Positions 1 to 12,740 of a DNA stretch of 40,579 nucleotides are shown here, in pieces; position 1 is the stretch's first letter, and the number at the start of each line of letters is the position of its first letter. The position numbers were made by a program, and so were the translations under genes. Below the pieces are notes generated by a model. That model worked only from the letters and a program-made list of their open reading frames with translations. It did not search any database and was not told where the DNA came from. Origin of the DNA: Octopus bimaculoides. Taxonomy: Eukaryota. The stretch covers positions 39,656,113 through 39,696,691 of the forward strand of contig NC_068999.1 in the NCBI RefSeq assembly GCF_001194135.2. Direction: 5' to 3'.

Positions 1-121
1 TATATATTCTTCTAGTCTTTGAGTAGAGGGGTGAATGCGTGGTTGTGTGTCTTTGTCAGTGAAATAATATATATTTATATTAGTATATTTATATTAGTGA
101 GTGTGTGCCTGTATGCATGTA

Positions 122-124
<3 letters not shown>

Positions 125-170
<46 letters not shown>
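125..170. repeat. (GT)n microsatellite
   Basis: Pure GT array, read directly. Confidence 0.95.
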
Positions 171-175
<5 letters not shown>

Positions 176-304
176 AGTGTATGATATGCACGTTCATGTA
201 GTTGTTGATGTACATAAATATGTTGTACGTGTATACATACTTAAAAACAAGTGTATTTCAATATTGTGTGTCAAAATTTATTAAACTAATTTAATTAACA
301 ACTA

Positions 305-873
305 CACTGGGTGGGCCATAATAATGGGACGTATTTTAGATGCTGGTATGTTGAACTATGACATCAAGTACCAAATATATTTAATACATAATTGATATGC
401 AGTAGGTCAACATAGTATCGAAGTTTTAAATAGTACATAGTGGAGATGGCCACCACCACGACGAGAACATTCAGGAGTTCGCTTCTTCATATCAAGCAAA
501 GTCCGGCTTAGCATATCAATTGGAATGACTGTAATCGCCTGCCTCACAGAAGTTTGAACTGGCATCCAAAATCACCTTTTGGAATTAGTGCATGTCGCTT
601 TCCCAAATGCTGTTGGGATTTTCTTGGAGCTGTAATGATGTATCTTTGGCTGGTGAAGTGTGCTTCGACCACCTATGCAATTTGGTTTCGAATTCGTTTC
701 ATTATGAGTGTTACCAATAGCAAATACCTGTAAAAAATAGAAAAAATGTTAGATAAAATGATTGCATTTCTATATATCAGTTATATAATAAATATATTTG
801 GTACTTTATGCCATTTCTCTCCTCCAAGATACTAGCATTTAAGATATGCCCCGTCATTACGGCCCAATCTGTG
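305..873 (-). mobile_element. Internally deleted Tc1/mariner-superfamily DNA transposon with ~100-bp TIRs
   Basis: Left end TA|CACTGGGTGGGCCATAATAATGGGAC (305-403) aligns with the reverse complement of 770-873 (CACAGATTGGGCCGTAATGACGGGGC...). The arms share an exact 18-mer, AAGTACCAAATATATTTA (366-383), matching 789-806 reverse-complemented. TA lies at 303-304 and TTA at 874-876. A transposase remnant lies inside. Confidence 0.85.
407..702 (-). pseudogene. Transposase remnant: N-terminal HTH fused to C-terminal tail, catalytic core deleted (rosa/DD41D-like by eye)
   Basis: From ATG at 702: MKRIRNQIA*VVEAHFTSQRYIITAPRKSQQHLGKRHA, resembling the DUF4817-type HTH start. After frameshifts near 561-575: LDA/VQTSVRQAITVIPIDMLSRTLLDMKKRTPECSRRGGGHLHYVLFKT, resembling the I..DML..R..C...GGHL..V.FK C-terminus. 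In-frame TAG at 675-673. Confidence 0.7.
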
Positions 874-1158
874 TTATCTTCACGTTTAGTGAGAAAAGAA
901 ATCCCCAAATATTTCAAGCATATTTAATAGAAGTGGGGGATTAAGATGACAGTTTTCTCTAGCTTGAGAGAATGCGATTCAAATACTCTACCCTTCAGTA
1001 TCTCAGGCTGCAGCATGATTCTGGTGCTAAGGGCGTTCCTTCTTGAATATTCGTGGGTCAAAGGGCATGGAACATCAAGTATAATAATATTTATCTCTCG
1101 AACTGTACGCTATATAAGAACATACATACATATATGCTTACATACACAGACAAACACA

Positions 1159-1188
1159 TATGTATGCGCATATATGTATATATGTATA

Positions 1189-1224
<36 letters not shown>

Positions 1225-1237
1225 TGTATACATATAC

Positions 1238-1300
<63 letters not shown>

Positions 1301-1330
1301 ATTATTATTATTATCATTATTATCATTATT
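1159..1330. repeat. Compound microsatellite (TATG)n/(TA)n/(TAT)n
   Basis: Read directly; explains the overlapping ORF-track entries. Confidence 0.95.
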
Positions 1331-3191
1331 ATAAATTTATGTTGTTACTTTTCATTGCTTCCGTCTCAACAAGGTGTAGTCGAACGAACAGTATCGCCAC
1401 AGACAGCATTTTGTCTTTAGTTATATAGCTTTATATAAAGGATGTAATCATATCATATGAGAAAACTCACAAGAACTCATAGAGATGTGGTTTAGTTAGA
1501 CTGTAAGATAATTTAAAAGTATTAAAGCTATCCTCTTAATTCGACAAAATAAATCTGCGATATTATGGAACCTATCACTTCATCGCCCCTGGTTTTGGTT
1601 TCTTTGTCTTTCAACTTTCTTCCAAACAGCAAGTAATCTGCTACCACTATAACTAGAATCGTTTTAAGCGAAGAAAAATAAAGGCGTAATAAACAAAACA
1701 ATATCGAAAAAGAAATAGAAAAGTCAATAAAAATTGTATAGATACAGACGAAAATAAAAGAAGATTTTTGAAATGTAGGCAAAATACGTAAACGACATGT
1801 GCATCACATTTTGGCGAAATCATATTGATTGCTCCAGTAAGAGAGAAGAAAGATAAAGTCAATGCCAACTTAAGTAAGATTAAATCCGAAATGAATATCC
1901 AGTTCTACAGCTGGTTGCCAATTTGCCAATTACATTACAATATTCCATTGGATATCGTAGAATTTTCTCATCTCATGAAATCGTTCTTTCATTATCACAA
2001 AAATATTTTTTTGTTCACAGGGTCACACTCACATAGACACACAGGTACGCGCGCACACACTCAACCACAGTCATACATATATATGCATGTACGTGCGTAT
2101 ACATCTGTGCATTTACATACATGCCAATATTTACTATTACACACACATAAAAATATATATATATACACAGACATGCACACATACGCGCACACACACAAGT
2201 GGTATTAAAAATGATAAAGGACTACATGAATTTAATAAAAAAATATGATACCTATGATATGTATAAATAAAAAGAATATTTTTTTATGTATGATTATGAT
2301 ATCTGTATGAAGAGAACCGTAAGTTTGAATAATTGCATGAAAATGTATCAAAATAGCATTTCCGTTGAATCTTACCATACGAAATTCATGGAACATTCCT
2401 GCTTGCAATTTCATTAATAACTACATAACGTTTATGAGTTTAAAATGTTAATCAATTGCAATTGCAAATTATTTAACTCATAGTTTTTAAAAACATTTGA
2501 ACTGAGATAGGTAAAATGATCGGTGTTTGTTTCAAACTCCTTAATGAATTTAGCTAATATGTATCATGCTAGCGATGGTCCTTGTACTTGGTCATTTAGC
2601 CAGCTCGAAACAGCATCCAGTTGTCTATATGATCATTCGCATCCAACTCATAATTCTATTAAAGTGGTACTATAATTTTACAATATATGAAAACTTTTTT
2701 ACTATACGATCGATTGTTCATTTTGCGATGCATATATCTTTTTAAATTATTAAAGTTACTTGTTTAGCTGTTCTCTGAGCGAAAGTTCATTCCAGCTTCT
2801 GCCAGTCAAATCACAAATATGCTAACTGTCAGAGTGTTAAATTAATTGTTTAATTCTAATAGAAATACTCGACCAATTGAAGAAAACGATCAGGTGTTTC
2901 GGATAACGTGAGTGATATGCTAAATTGCTTTATCCAACGACTGCCTGCTATTATTGCTTCAAGAACTTTTACTGTTTTAATTTGAAACAAATTCTTGGCA
3001 AATAGAGATGTAAAAATGTACTTTATCTCTTTCTATCAGACAGGAAAATAATGCATAGGTATACATTTGTATTTTGATTATATTCTATACAAAAGTCATG
3101 TGTCTCAGCTGTTATAATTTTATGCGTGATTAGGTACAGCCAACAATTTATGTAAGCTACTTAATACACTAATAAAAACGTTCCACTTATA

Positions 3192-3228
3192 GGCACAAAC
3201 GTGGCTGTGTGGTAAGAAGTTTGCTTCC
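3192..3228 (+). mobile_element. Short 5' head fragment of a tRNA-derived SINE
   Basis: GGCACAAACGTGGCTGTGTGGTAAGAAGTTTGCTTCC has an A-box-like GTGGCTGTGTGGTAAG, then breaks off with no B box. Confidence 0.35.
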
Positions 3229-5243
3229 GCGCATGCGTTGTTGTCAGTGTTTTTCTTAGCACACTGAAATGGATTGACACTAAGTTGTTACATAAACAAA
3301 ATGTGCCCTAGAAAATGTACTAATGGAACCAACTATCTCCTCAACCATTGACAATTAAAATAAATTACATTATGGGATGTTTTTGTACCATTCTTAACAT
3401 TTTGATCTCTTTTTCATCTCCTTACTTTACGGGATGTGAAGTTTCGTTTCATTAAAACAATCTTGTTGAATTATCTAAATATGTTTAATAATTGCCCTAC
3501 AATTTAACCATTCAAATTTTATATAAATCATATTGAATTTATTGTCAACAGTCAGAAATCTGTTTATCTTCCGATCGTTGGCAATTGCTACATGCATAAT
3601 GTGTGCAACACTAACTTGCTCGATATTTCTACAATTATTCTATAATTTTCTCAATTTCAAATATTACTGTCCTTACCAAATACTCTTTTATCACTGATGT
3701 ATTCGATTATAACTTTTCTACTTACATATTAAAACGAATGCACACTTTTTACTTATAAATGTATACTAATATAACAATGAAAACTTTTGCTTCACTGAGA
3801 AGATTTAGTGTGTGTAAGTAAGTTATTTGTTGATCTTTAAATAGTTTTAACGCGTCTACCCTTCCACCATATCGGCAACAATTTTTCATTTTATGAATAT
3901 AGTTATTCTCATATTGAATTTATCAGTTTCATTTATCAACTCGCCATAGTTTACATAACGGGCTAGTAACTGAATTACCTCTTCTTTAAAATCAAATTAA
4001 CACAAATGGCGCCATGACTTTGCATGTTTCAATCCAAAGAATTTTGTTTGCTTTTTGTCTGCTCCAAAAATTTACCAGTTCTATACAGATTTAATCATTG
4101 CTCTATTTTTTCAAAGAAAATCTTTTTAAATGAAGGAAAAAATATAGTTTGTATGATTAGTTTTATTTATTTTGTATAATTTAGCATTTTCCGTCTTCAG
4201 TTTCATGTATTCATAATCACAGTTAATGGTCTAGCACACAATGTTTGCTCTGATAATATATAAGGTAGTTTTAATATTTTTCTTTTCAAATCTAGTCAGT
4301 TTTAAACATTCGTCCGTTAGATACATTAACATTATTAACGCGTTTAATATGCTGCAATATCGATCGAATGCAAAGGCAATCCAGTCAAGCCTGCAATTAT
4401 CTTCAACAGTCTTTCGTACCGATTGTTTTACATTTTATCATTAAACAGATTCCATGTGTAAGCACATCCTACTCTTCTATATTTTTTATCATTCTTTTCA
4501 CTTCACATATTACCCGTCATTTTCACAGAAAACTTTAACAGTTCTCTCCAGTTATCCATTTGTTTCTTTAGTGAAAAAAACAGCACTATTATTAGGCGCA
4601 AATGATAAATATACAAAATGATTTAGCCATGATAGGTTATCATTTTATATCTAACCACATTCTATCGGGTTCTGTAGGATGTCTTTACCAGTTCCAAATA
4701 TACTTTAAACATTTAATGGAACACAAACTACAAATCGACTAATAAATCACAACGACACACGATGACGTTCGATTCACCCTAATCCCATTTATGTTACCTA
4801 TTAGTATTTTTTTCTTTTGTTTCCTGACACTGGTTGAACCATATAAGTTTAACGGCTGCAAGTAAATACTATGCTATGTAAACATCTATTTTTTGTCTTT
4901 CCGATCTATACTAGAATTTACACACATGTATGTATATATGTATGTAGATATGTATGTACATAGGCTATTACTTTGAGATTCATTTAAGTTGTTAAGACAG
5001 TTCATGCCGGTGATTAACAAAGGGACATAACTTTTTGAGTGAAGATAGTTCCCTCTGTTTGTAAATATATGGTTGAGTTAATGTGTTACGTGAATTGTCG
5101 TTGCATACACCAGAATGTGTGCATTTATTCGGCTAAAGAAACTAGGGTGGAGTTTGTAATGTCTTACCAATAGTCACTGTACCGCTAGTATGAAACTTGT
5201 AGTAAGGTATAAGGTAAACTTTTACAGCTGCTCATTTTGCGTA

Positions 5244-5655
5244 TACACACACACACACACACACAAACGCATATATACGCATATACATACGTTTGTATAC
5301 ATACCTACACGTACGACACACACACACACACACACATACATGCACACACGCATCTATATATATACATACGTATTCAGATATACATATGTAAACAACACAT
5401 ATTAACACAAGATATATAAGCATACACACACATATACACAATATTTACATATATAGTCAATTCAATATACGAATGGATATGTATATTTCTATATATGTAT
5501 ATGTGTGTGCGCGCGCATGTTTGTTTGTGTGTGTGCGTGAGTGTGTGTGTGTGTATTCGCAGGTGCGTGTGCGTGCTTGTGTGTGTAAGCGTGTGTGTGT
5601 CTGTTCGCAGGCGCGCGCGTGTGTGTCTGTGTGTGTGTGTGCGTGTGTGCGTGTG
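5244..5655. repeat. Degenerate (CA)n block followed by (TG)n block
   Basis: CA-rich 5244-5440 and TG-rich 5500-5655, read directly. Confidence 0.9.
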
Positions 5656-6169
5656 GGGTGTATTGAGATTAGGCAAAACATACCTTCCAACAGATATCTT
5701 ATCTTGATATTACTATTAATTTTCAATCATAAATATAAAATATCGCAATATCGCTAATATTCAACGAAAGATTGTTTAAGATAAAATATATTTCTGTTTG
5801 TTTCAGGCCATTTCCCCATTGACTCAGGAAGTACAATTATTTTCACCGACCGATTGTTAGTACACTAAACAAAAACGAACCTCATAAAACCAATTAAACA
5901 AAAAATATATAAGAAAATAATTTCTGAACAGACGAACAGAAGCAGAACGAAAGTAGAAATCTTAAAAAGAGAAGATGTATATAATATGAGAAAAATGAGT
6001 GGGAAAAGATAATAAAAGAAATCAATTGGAATAAATACAAAAAAGAAAACGTGAATAAATTTTTAGACGAAAATAACTGGAAGGAATGTTTCCTTTTGAA
6101 AACTAACGAAAAAGAAGGTGAATTGAAAAACATTTACAATATACGCACACAAATCACATCGTCGTATAG

Positions 6170-6377
6170 ACATACACATACACAAGCAAAGTCAGACACA
6201 AACACAGACACGGATATACATACACACGTACATATGTATATACATATATGTATGTATTTATGCATGTATATATGTATATATGCATGCACACACACATAAG
6301 TACATGTATGTATGTACGTATGTAAGTATCGATGTCCATATTCGGGAGTGTGTTAATATGTGTGTGTGTGTGTGTGT

Positions 6378-6420
<43 letters not shown>
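6170..6420. repeat. Degenerate (CA)n/(TATG)n/(TG)n microsatellite
   Basis: Read directly. Confidence 0.9.
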
Positions 6421-6421
<1 letters not shown>

Positions 6422-6998
6422 TTTGTGCACATTTAATTCTCTGCTATCATCGTATGTAATCATACTTGCCTACTTATTATGTCTATTTGCGTGAGTTTCT
6501 GTGTTTAGAACTCTTTTTCTCTTTCTCCCTCTCTCCTTCATTCTCTCTCCACCTCTCCCTCGTTTGATTCACTTCCTCTATAACTCTCTGTCTCTCTCTA
6601 TATATAAATATATATGCATGGGGGTGTGTGGTCTGAAGTACAAAGGATGATGTAACTTCCTTTCATTTGAAAGTAAAGCACACACGTATGAATATACGCG
6701 CGCACACACACACACACACATGCTCGTACTCTATTCAATGGGAAGGTAATTCAATCATGTATGACTGTATTTTGTAGTTTAACTTAATTGCAATTCACAC
6801 CGTTGGGAAACACACACATACGCTCTTTCTCTCTCACACACACAAAAACAAACGCACACATACACGTTTATGTATACTTATATACGCAAACGTAGATACA
6901 TGCGCATACGTTTCTTGATGTATATGTACGCGTATACGTACGTAGATATATATACATATGCATATATACCTACATATATATATATATATATATATATA

Positions 6999-7273
6999 NN
7001 NNNNNNNNNNNNNNNNNNNNNNNNNNNNNNNNNNNNNNNNNNNNNNNNNNNNNNNNNNNNNNNNNNNNNNNNNNNNNNNNNNNNNNNNNNNNNNNNNNNN
7101 NNNNNNNNNNNNNNNNNNNNNNNNNNNNNNNNNNNNNNNNNNNNNNNNNNNNNNNNNNNNNNNNNNNNNNNNNNNNNNNNNNNNNNNNNNNNNNNNNNNN
7201 NNNNNNNNNNNNNNNNNNNNNNNNNNNNNNNNNNNNNNNNNNNNNNNNNNNNNNNNNNNNNNNNNNNNNNNNN
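6999..7273. other. Assembly gap
   Basis: Run of N flanked by (TA)n. Confidence 0.99.
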
Positions 7274-8215
7274 ATATGCACACACACATATATACATATA
7301 TATATTTATTTATTAGCACAACGTTAAAAGATGCATTATACATAAATTTGTAATATATTATAAAAGATTGTTGTAGTGAACACTGTACGAGATATCAATA
7401 AGAATATATTAACTTTGTTTGGGGTTTTTATTTCTATCCATTGACATTTTTATCTTTCGTCAGAGAGAAAATCTTAAGTGAACTAGTATAGATAATGATG
7501 TTCATCAAAGTAATCATTCTTCGATAGTATGAGATAATGCGAGCAGAAATTCAGGCACACAATGTCAAATGTATTCACATGTATAAGAAAATATTTATAG
7601 GTAGATGAAGATGTTAAAAAAACATCGAAATATTTCAGGGTGAAAATTTTAGCACAAATCTAATTTTGGTTTTATAGAAGTGAATTAGACTAGTAACTAT
7701 CGAAAGTTCAACAAAAGTTCACTACCACAATATGCTCGAGTGGTAGTTCATTGTTGAAATAAATTTTATTCAAAATCTGACATAAAATTAATCACAACAC
7801 CAAAATTACCTGCAGAGGTAGTTTGCAGGTACGTAGAATGAAATGTAATAGTCAAGGGAAGCATCTAAAACCGAAACTGATAATGGAACACGAGATGCAA
7901 GATTCTAAGAATGAATCCAACACCCAAGTCATAACGACATGGAATTTCAAGTCTTAACGAAGAAGTATACGAAATATTGTAAGAGCGAGCAATTTCATTG
8001 AGTCTATCGAAATACATTAAAACATCAATAAGTGAGTCTCTAAAATATCATTCGACCTGCAACAAAATCTTCCTCAAATTACATTTTACTATGTTAAATA
8101 AAGAGTAGAGGCATTGGATAATATAGTCCTGTATTCAAGTGTGAATAACATGCGGCATGTGAAGATTGAAATTCCTTTGATCGTATGTTTACTCGATTAG
8201 GGCTGACTAGAGCTA

Positions 8216-8296
8216 AACAACAACAACAACAGTAACAGCAGCAACAATACCTTCAACAACAACAACAACGAAAAGAAGAAGAACAAGAGAAACAAT
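8216..8296. repeat. Degenerate (CAA)n/(CAG)n/(GAA)n trinucleotide repeat
   Basis: AACAACAACAACAGTAACAGCAGCAAC...AAGAAGAAGAAC, read directly. Confidence 0.85.
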
Positions 8297-8489
8297 AACT
8301 ACATCAACAGATGCAGGAATAGTAACATACGTAAGAAATGAAGACTTGTACTGGAGAAAAGCCAGAGTCAACCTGGCAATATTTGGTTCCAGAATTATGT
8401 ACAAGAACGTAAATTCGGTAAAGAATAAAATGAGGAAATAAACGTATTCTGCTAACCTACTGTTCGGTCTCTGATAATTTTAGTAATGC

Positions 8490-8590
8490 TTGGCGCACAG
8501 CCACACATTTTGTGGAGAAAGTGCAGTCGATCAAATCACCAACAGTACATGATGATACACAATTCATCGAGGCGGGAAGCAATGAAAGGT
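8490..8590 (-). mobile_element. Degraded SINE core/tail fragment
   Basis: GTCGATCAAATCACCAACAGTAC...TTCATCGAGGCGGGAAGCAATGAAAGG aligns loosely with the plus-strand reading of the SINE at 38964-39193. Confidence 0.4.
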
Positions 8591-9593
8591 TAGCAATATA
8601 TTAATGTTCGTACCTCATATAAGAGGAAGGTGATACACACATTAGTGAAGTGAAATATACTTGCGGTTGATGATTTACATTATCGAAGAAAATAGTGAGA
8701 AATTTGAAGCCGTATGCATTTGTGTGAAGACTGAATTCCATGCTATGATATACGGTTTATAATTTTCTCCAGTTCACCAGGAGAGATTTGAAAGTTTCGA
8801 TAACTCTATCAGTGTATTTATTACATTACAATAAATTAATCCAAATCATGCTGAAAGGAATTTTGAAATACACAGGAGATTAGATAGTTATAGTAATTAA
8901 ACACCATGCTACATCAAAAGTGCTTTAAAATTATCGTTTAAAAATTACTAGAAAGCAGTAATTAAATTGTTTTCCCCATATTCACTGAGCAAATTTCTAA
9001 ACATTAAATTAGAAATTAATACTCTTTAAATAAAAATGTATAACAAAATTCGTAATTACTAATCTGTCTAAAATTGTTTGCATTTCTTGTGAAGTAGGTT
9101 AGAAGTCTTCAGGCTTCTATCGAGTTATATCTGAACTCATTAATGATGTGTAACTTACACATCTAAATCTTTGATGAAAGAATATCCTAAAGAAAATTTT
9201 GAAGCTTGTCTACTTATTAGTTAGGGAGTTGTAAATCTTGATAACGAAATAATTCAGAAAAGCCATCTGCAAAATAAAAGAACAGATAAGTATTAAAATA
9301 CTTTTTTGGAAGCTCTGTTTAAAACTGAACTGAAAGTGCACAGATATGGCAAAATAAATATATACATTAAACGCATACAAAAGAATGCCACTGGTTTCAA
9401 CTTACCATTTATAGTTTAAGCGTATTATCTCTCAACATTATAATATAGCACCTTGTATACTAACCTTTCTATTTGTAATTTGCAAAGATGGCTTACGAAA
9501 AGAAGAAAATGCACTTATGTCACCACTCAAACGAGGTACCATGGGGGGGGGGGTAGTTGAGCGACTCAAAATGATCATAAAATCTCAACCATA

Positions 9594-9620
9594 TCATTAT
9601 TTCCGAGTCGGAAATAATGA
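9594..9620. repeat. Perfect 13-bp inverted repeat with 1-nt spacer
   Basis: TCATTATTTCCGA-G-TCGGAAATAATGA. Confidence 0.9.
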
Positions 9621-9883
9621 ATGACACGTTGGATACAGTATTTCTAGATAACATTACAGCAGACAAAGAAACAAAAGATTGAATAGTCTCGGCTGTAATA
9701 TCCTTGATCATAGCGTAGTTTGATCAGAAATAGTGTGAAGCTGAACAGTAACGAGTACAACGTACTTGTTGAGGACGGTCAATACTGCCGACAAGACAAC
9801 ATGACCATGACAATAGTGAGAAGAACATCGCCAACTTTAGCATTCAAACATTCATTATACTCGAATATATTTACATATGTTTG

Positions 9884-9961
9884 TACGTACGTATGTATGT
9901 ATGTATGTATGTATGTATATATGTATGTATGTAGGTAGGTAGGTAGGTTGGTAGGTAGGTA
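9884..9961. repeat. (GTAT)n/(GTAG)n tetranucleotide microsatellite
   Basis: Read directly. Confidence 0.9.
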
Positions 9962-10040
9962 CGCACGCATGTGTGAATGTATTATGAATGTATGTATATA
10001 TCTGCGTGTAGGTGTGTATGTGTATGTATGCATATATATA

Positions 10041-10405
10041 NNNNNNNNNNNNNNNNNNNNNNNNNNNNNNNNNNNNNNNNNNNNNNNNNNNNNNNNNNNN
10101 NNNNNNNNNNNNNNNNNNNNNNNNNNNNNNNNNNNNNNNNNNNNNNNNNNNNNNNNNNNNNNNNNNNNNNNNNNNNNNNNNNNNNNNNNNNNNNNNNNNN
10201 NNNNNNNNNNNNNNNNNNNNNNNNNNNNNNNNNNNNNNNNNNNNNNNNNNNNNNNNNNNNNNNNNNNNNNNNNNNNNNNNNNNNNNNNNNNNNNNNNNNN
10301 NNNNNNNNNNNNNNNNNNNNNNNNNNNNNNNNNNNNNNNNNNNNNNNNNNNNNNNNNNNNNNNNNNNNNNNNNNNNNNNNNNNNNNNNNNNNNNNNNNNN
10401 NNNNN
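10041..10405. other. Assembly gap
   Basis: Run of N between (TA)n and (GA)n. Confidence 0.99.
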
Positions 10406-11340
10406 GAGAGAGAGAGAGAGAGAGAGGGGGGGGGGATTGGACAAAATAATGGAAACACCTTAAAATTTCAAACAAATTTATTTTAATATTAGCTAGGACG
10501 GCCTTCGGCAGTAATTACTGCTTGAATTCAAATGCAGGTTTTTAATCCACTCTAAACGCTTTGCAACGTTTGTTGTTTTTCTCTCTTTCTTTCTCGTTGT
10601 GCTTATATTGTGTTATGTTTAGTCTCGATTCCTCTGCACATTATTGATATCCTTCTTCGTCTGTCAATTTTTCTCATTAAGTATAAGAGTATCCTGATGA
10701 ATACATGTAGTTAATTACATATCTGAGAATATATGTGTGTATATATATATATGCAACAGAATAGATATAAATCGCAAGCACAAATACACACACACACACA
10801 TACGCACACGCACGCACTCTTACACACATATATTTACGGATACACTCGCATGCACACACACACACATACATACATAGTTAAACCATATAAATATGTATGT
10901 ATCTATGTGTAAAATATTGTGTGTTTTTGTTTTTGTGCGTGTATGTGTTTCTGGGCGTACATGTGTAAAACCAGTGAATACGAAAGTGAGAAAAGTTTAT
11001 AACATTGAATGAGATGAACAAAATAGTGAGATCTAAATACTTGAGTTGGTACATAAATTGTTATATTCACTTTTCCCAAATTATACTCAATGTAATAAGT
11101 TTTCTAGATGAGGCCTGCCTCAAGCACAATGTACTGTTCGAAGGTATTATTTCTAGGATGGTAGAGCAGCATTATTGCAGCATCATTGTTTGTTGCACGA
11201 ATAATGTGAGGCGTACGCAGAGACTTACGTTACTATAATATATTAAATAAACGTTGGATATATACATGCGTCCTGGTGCGTATGTCTATAGATACACAAA
11301 CACACACACACGCATACACACATACACACACAGATAAATA

Positions 11341-11378
<38 letters not shown>

Positions 11379-12565
11379 AAAATCCTACACGATTAGGTGA
11401 AAAGCGCTTTATTTAATTTTTTAAAACATGTGACATTAATAAAAATCTATAAATGTACAAACATCCAGATTTCTGAGTACCTTTATTTTTTTCTATAATA
11501 TAATTTCTGCACATCACCTCCAAACCTTCCAATATTTATATATATATATATCTTATTTTCTACCAAACTTTCGAGTGGTTTCATAAGGGAAAGAGGAAGA
11601 GAGAGTCAAAGAAGAAACATGAGAACACTGATAACTAAACTGTTGGTAATGGTAAGTCCCCGGATGCGAGATGATAATTGTCGTCTATGATATATGCTGT
11701 TCGTTTGATTGTTCGTTATGATTGTTGGTGGTGTATGGAAAAAAAATTTATTTGTACTAAAGCGCATGTGCTAATACATACAGCGTATTTCAAACTTTTC
11801 TTTGCAAAATAAATTCTTTGCTTTCAGTTCCTTAACATTTAAAGATGTTACCAGCCACCTCCTCGTCCACAATGCGTGAATGTATGCGCGCGCGCGCGTT
11901 TGTGTCTGTGTGTGTCTCTGTGAGTGTGTGTGTGTGTGTGATGACTGATGTCATTAAATGACAATCGGAAAATATTGAAGCATTACCTTAACATTCTCTA
12001 TTCGAATATTAGATAAAAATAAGAGAAAGAGTGAGAGAAAGTTGAAAGAGTGGGAGAGGGTGATAAATGATATTTTCATTTTCCTGGAGTGTCAGATCAT
12101 CACGCGTGATAATGGAATTGTAACGGTTTTAAATATGCAGAAATTTGAACAACAATTTATTTAATGATATCGAAGTCTGGTGGACTATGATATAAGAGCA
12201 GGCGGAAACTCGATGAAGTATTGCGAGTTTTTATAATCATAAAATCTCTTATGAATCATTGAGTTGAAGCCAGCTATTAAATATTCATTTGTATTTAGTT
12301 AGGAGAATAACTTCTTTCTAACGATTGTTTAATTTTATTTGATTTTCAAAATGATGTTTGAAAGACGAAGCAGGTGCCATGACGTGCTCGAAACTGACTG
12401 AGCGTTGGACTCGAAATGTGAGGAGCAATTAAATATTTCAAAGTAGATTAGTTTCTCTAATTCGTTCAGAATCCACAAGTCCGTAATATTAAATAAGCAT
12501 TACAGATACATACTGTAATACAACAGATATATGTATATAAGTATGAATCCATGTATGTATGTGTA

Positions 12566-12658
12566 TGGATGGATGGATGGATGGATGGATGGATGGACGG
12601 ATCGATGGATCGATAGATAGACATATAGGTAGATCGATCGATAGATAGAAAGATAGAG

Positions 12659-12698
<40 letters not shown>

Positions 12699-12740
12699 GA
12701 ATAGAAAGATGGATAGATGGATAGATAGATGGATAGATAC
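12566..12740. repeat. (GGAT)n then (GATA)n tetranucleotide array
   Basis: Read directly. Confidence 0.95.

Noticed and set aside
572-727. Apparent host terminal exon after a strong acceptor (VFAIGNTH...KR*)
   Set aside because: It lies inside the mariner element; other frames are the transposase remnant.
8350-8364. TGEKP, a C2H2 zinc-finger linker-like peptide after a Gln-like tract
   Set aside because: No flanking Cys/His ligands, and stops interrupt the frame. The TAA/TAG codons are decayed CAA/CAG repeats, not an alternative genetic code.
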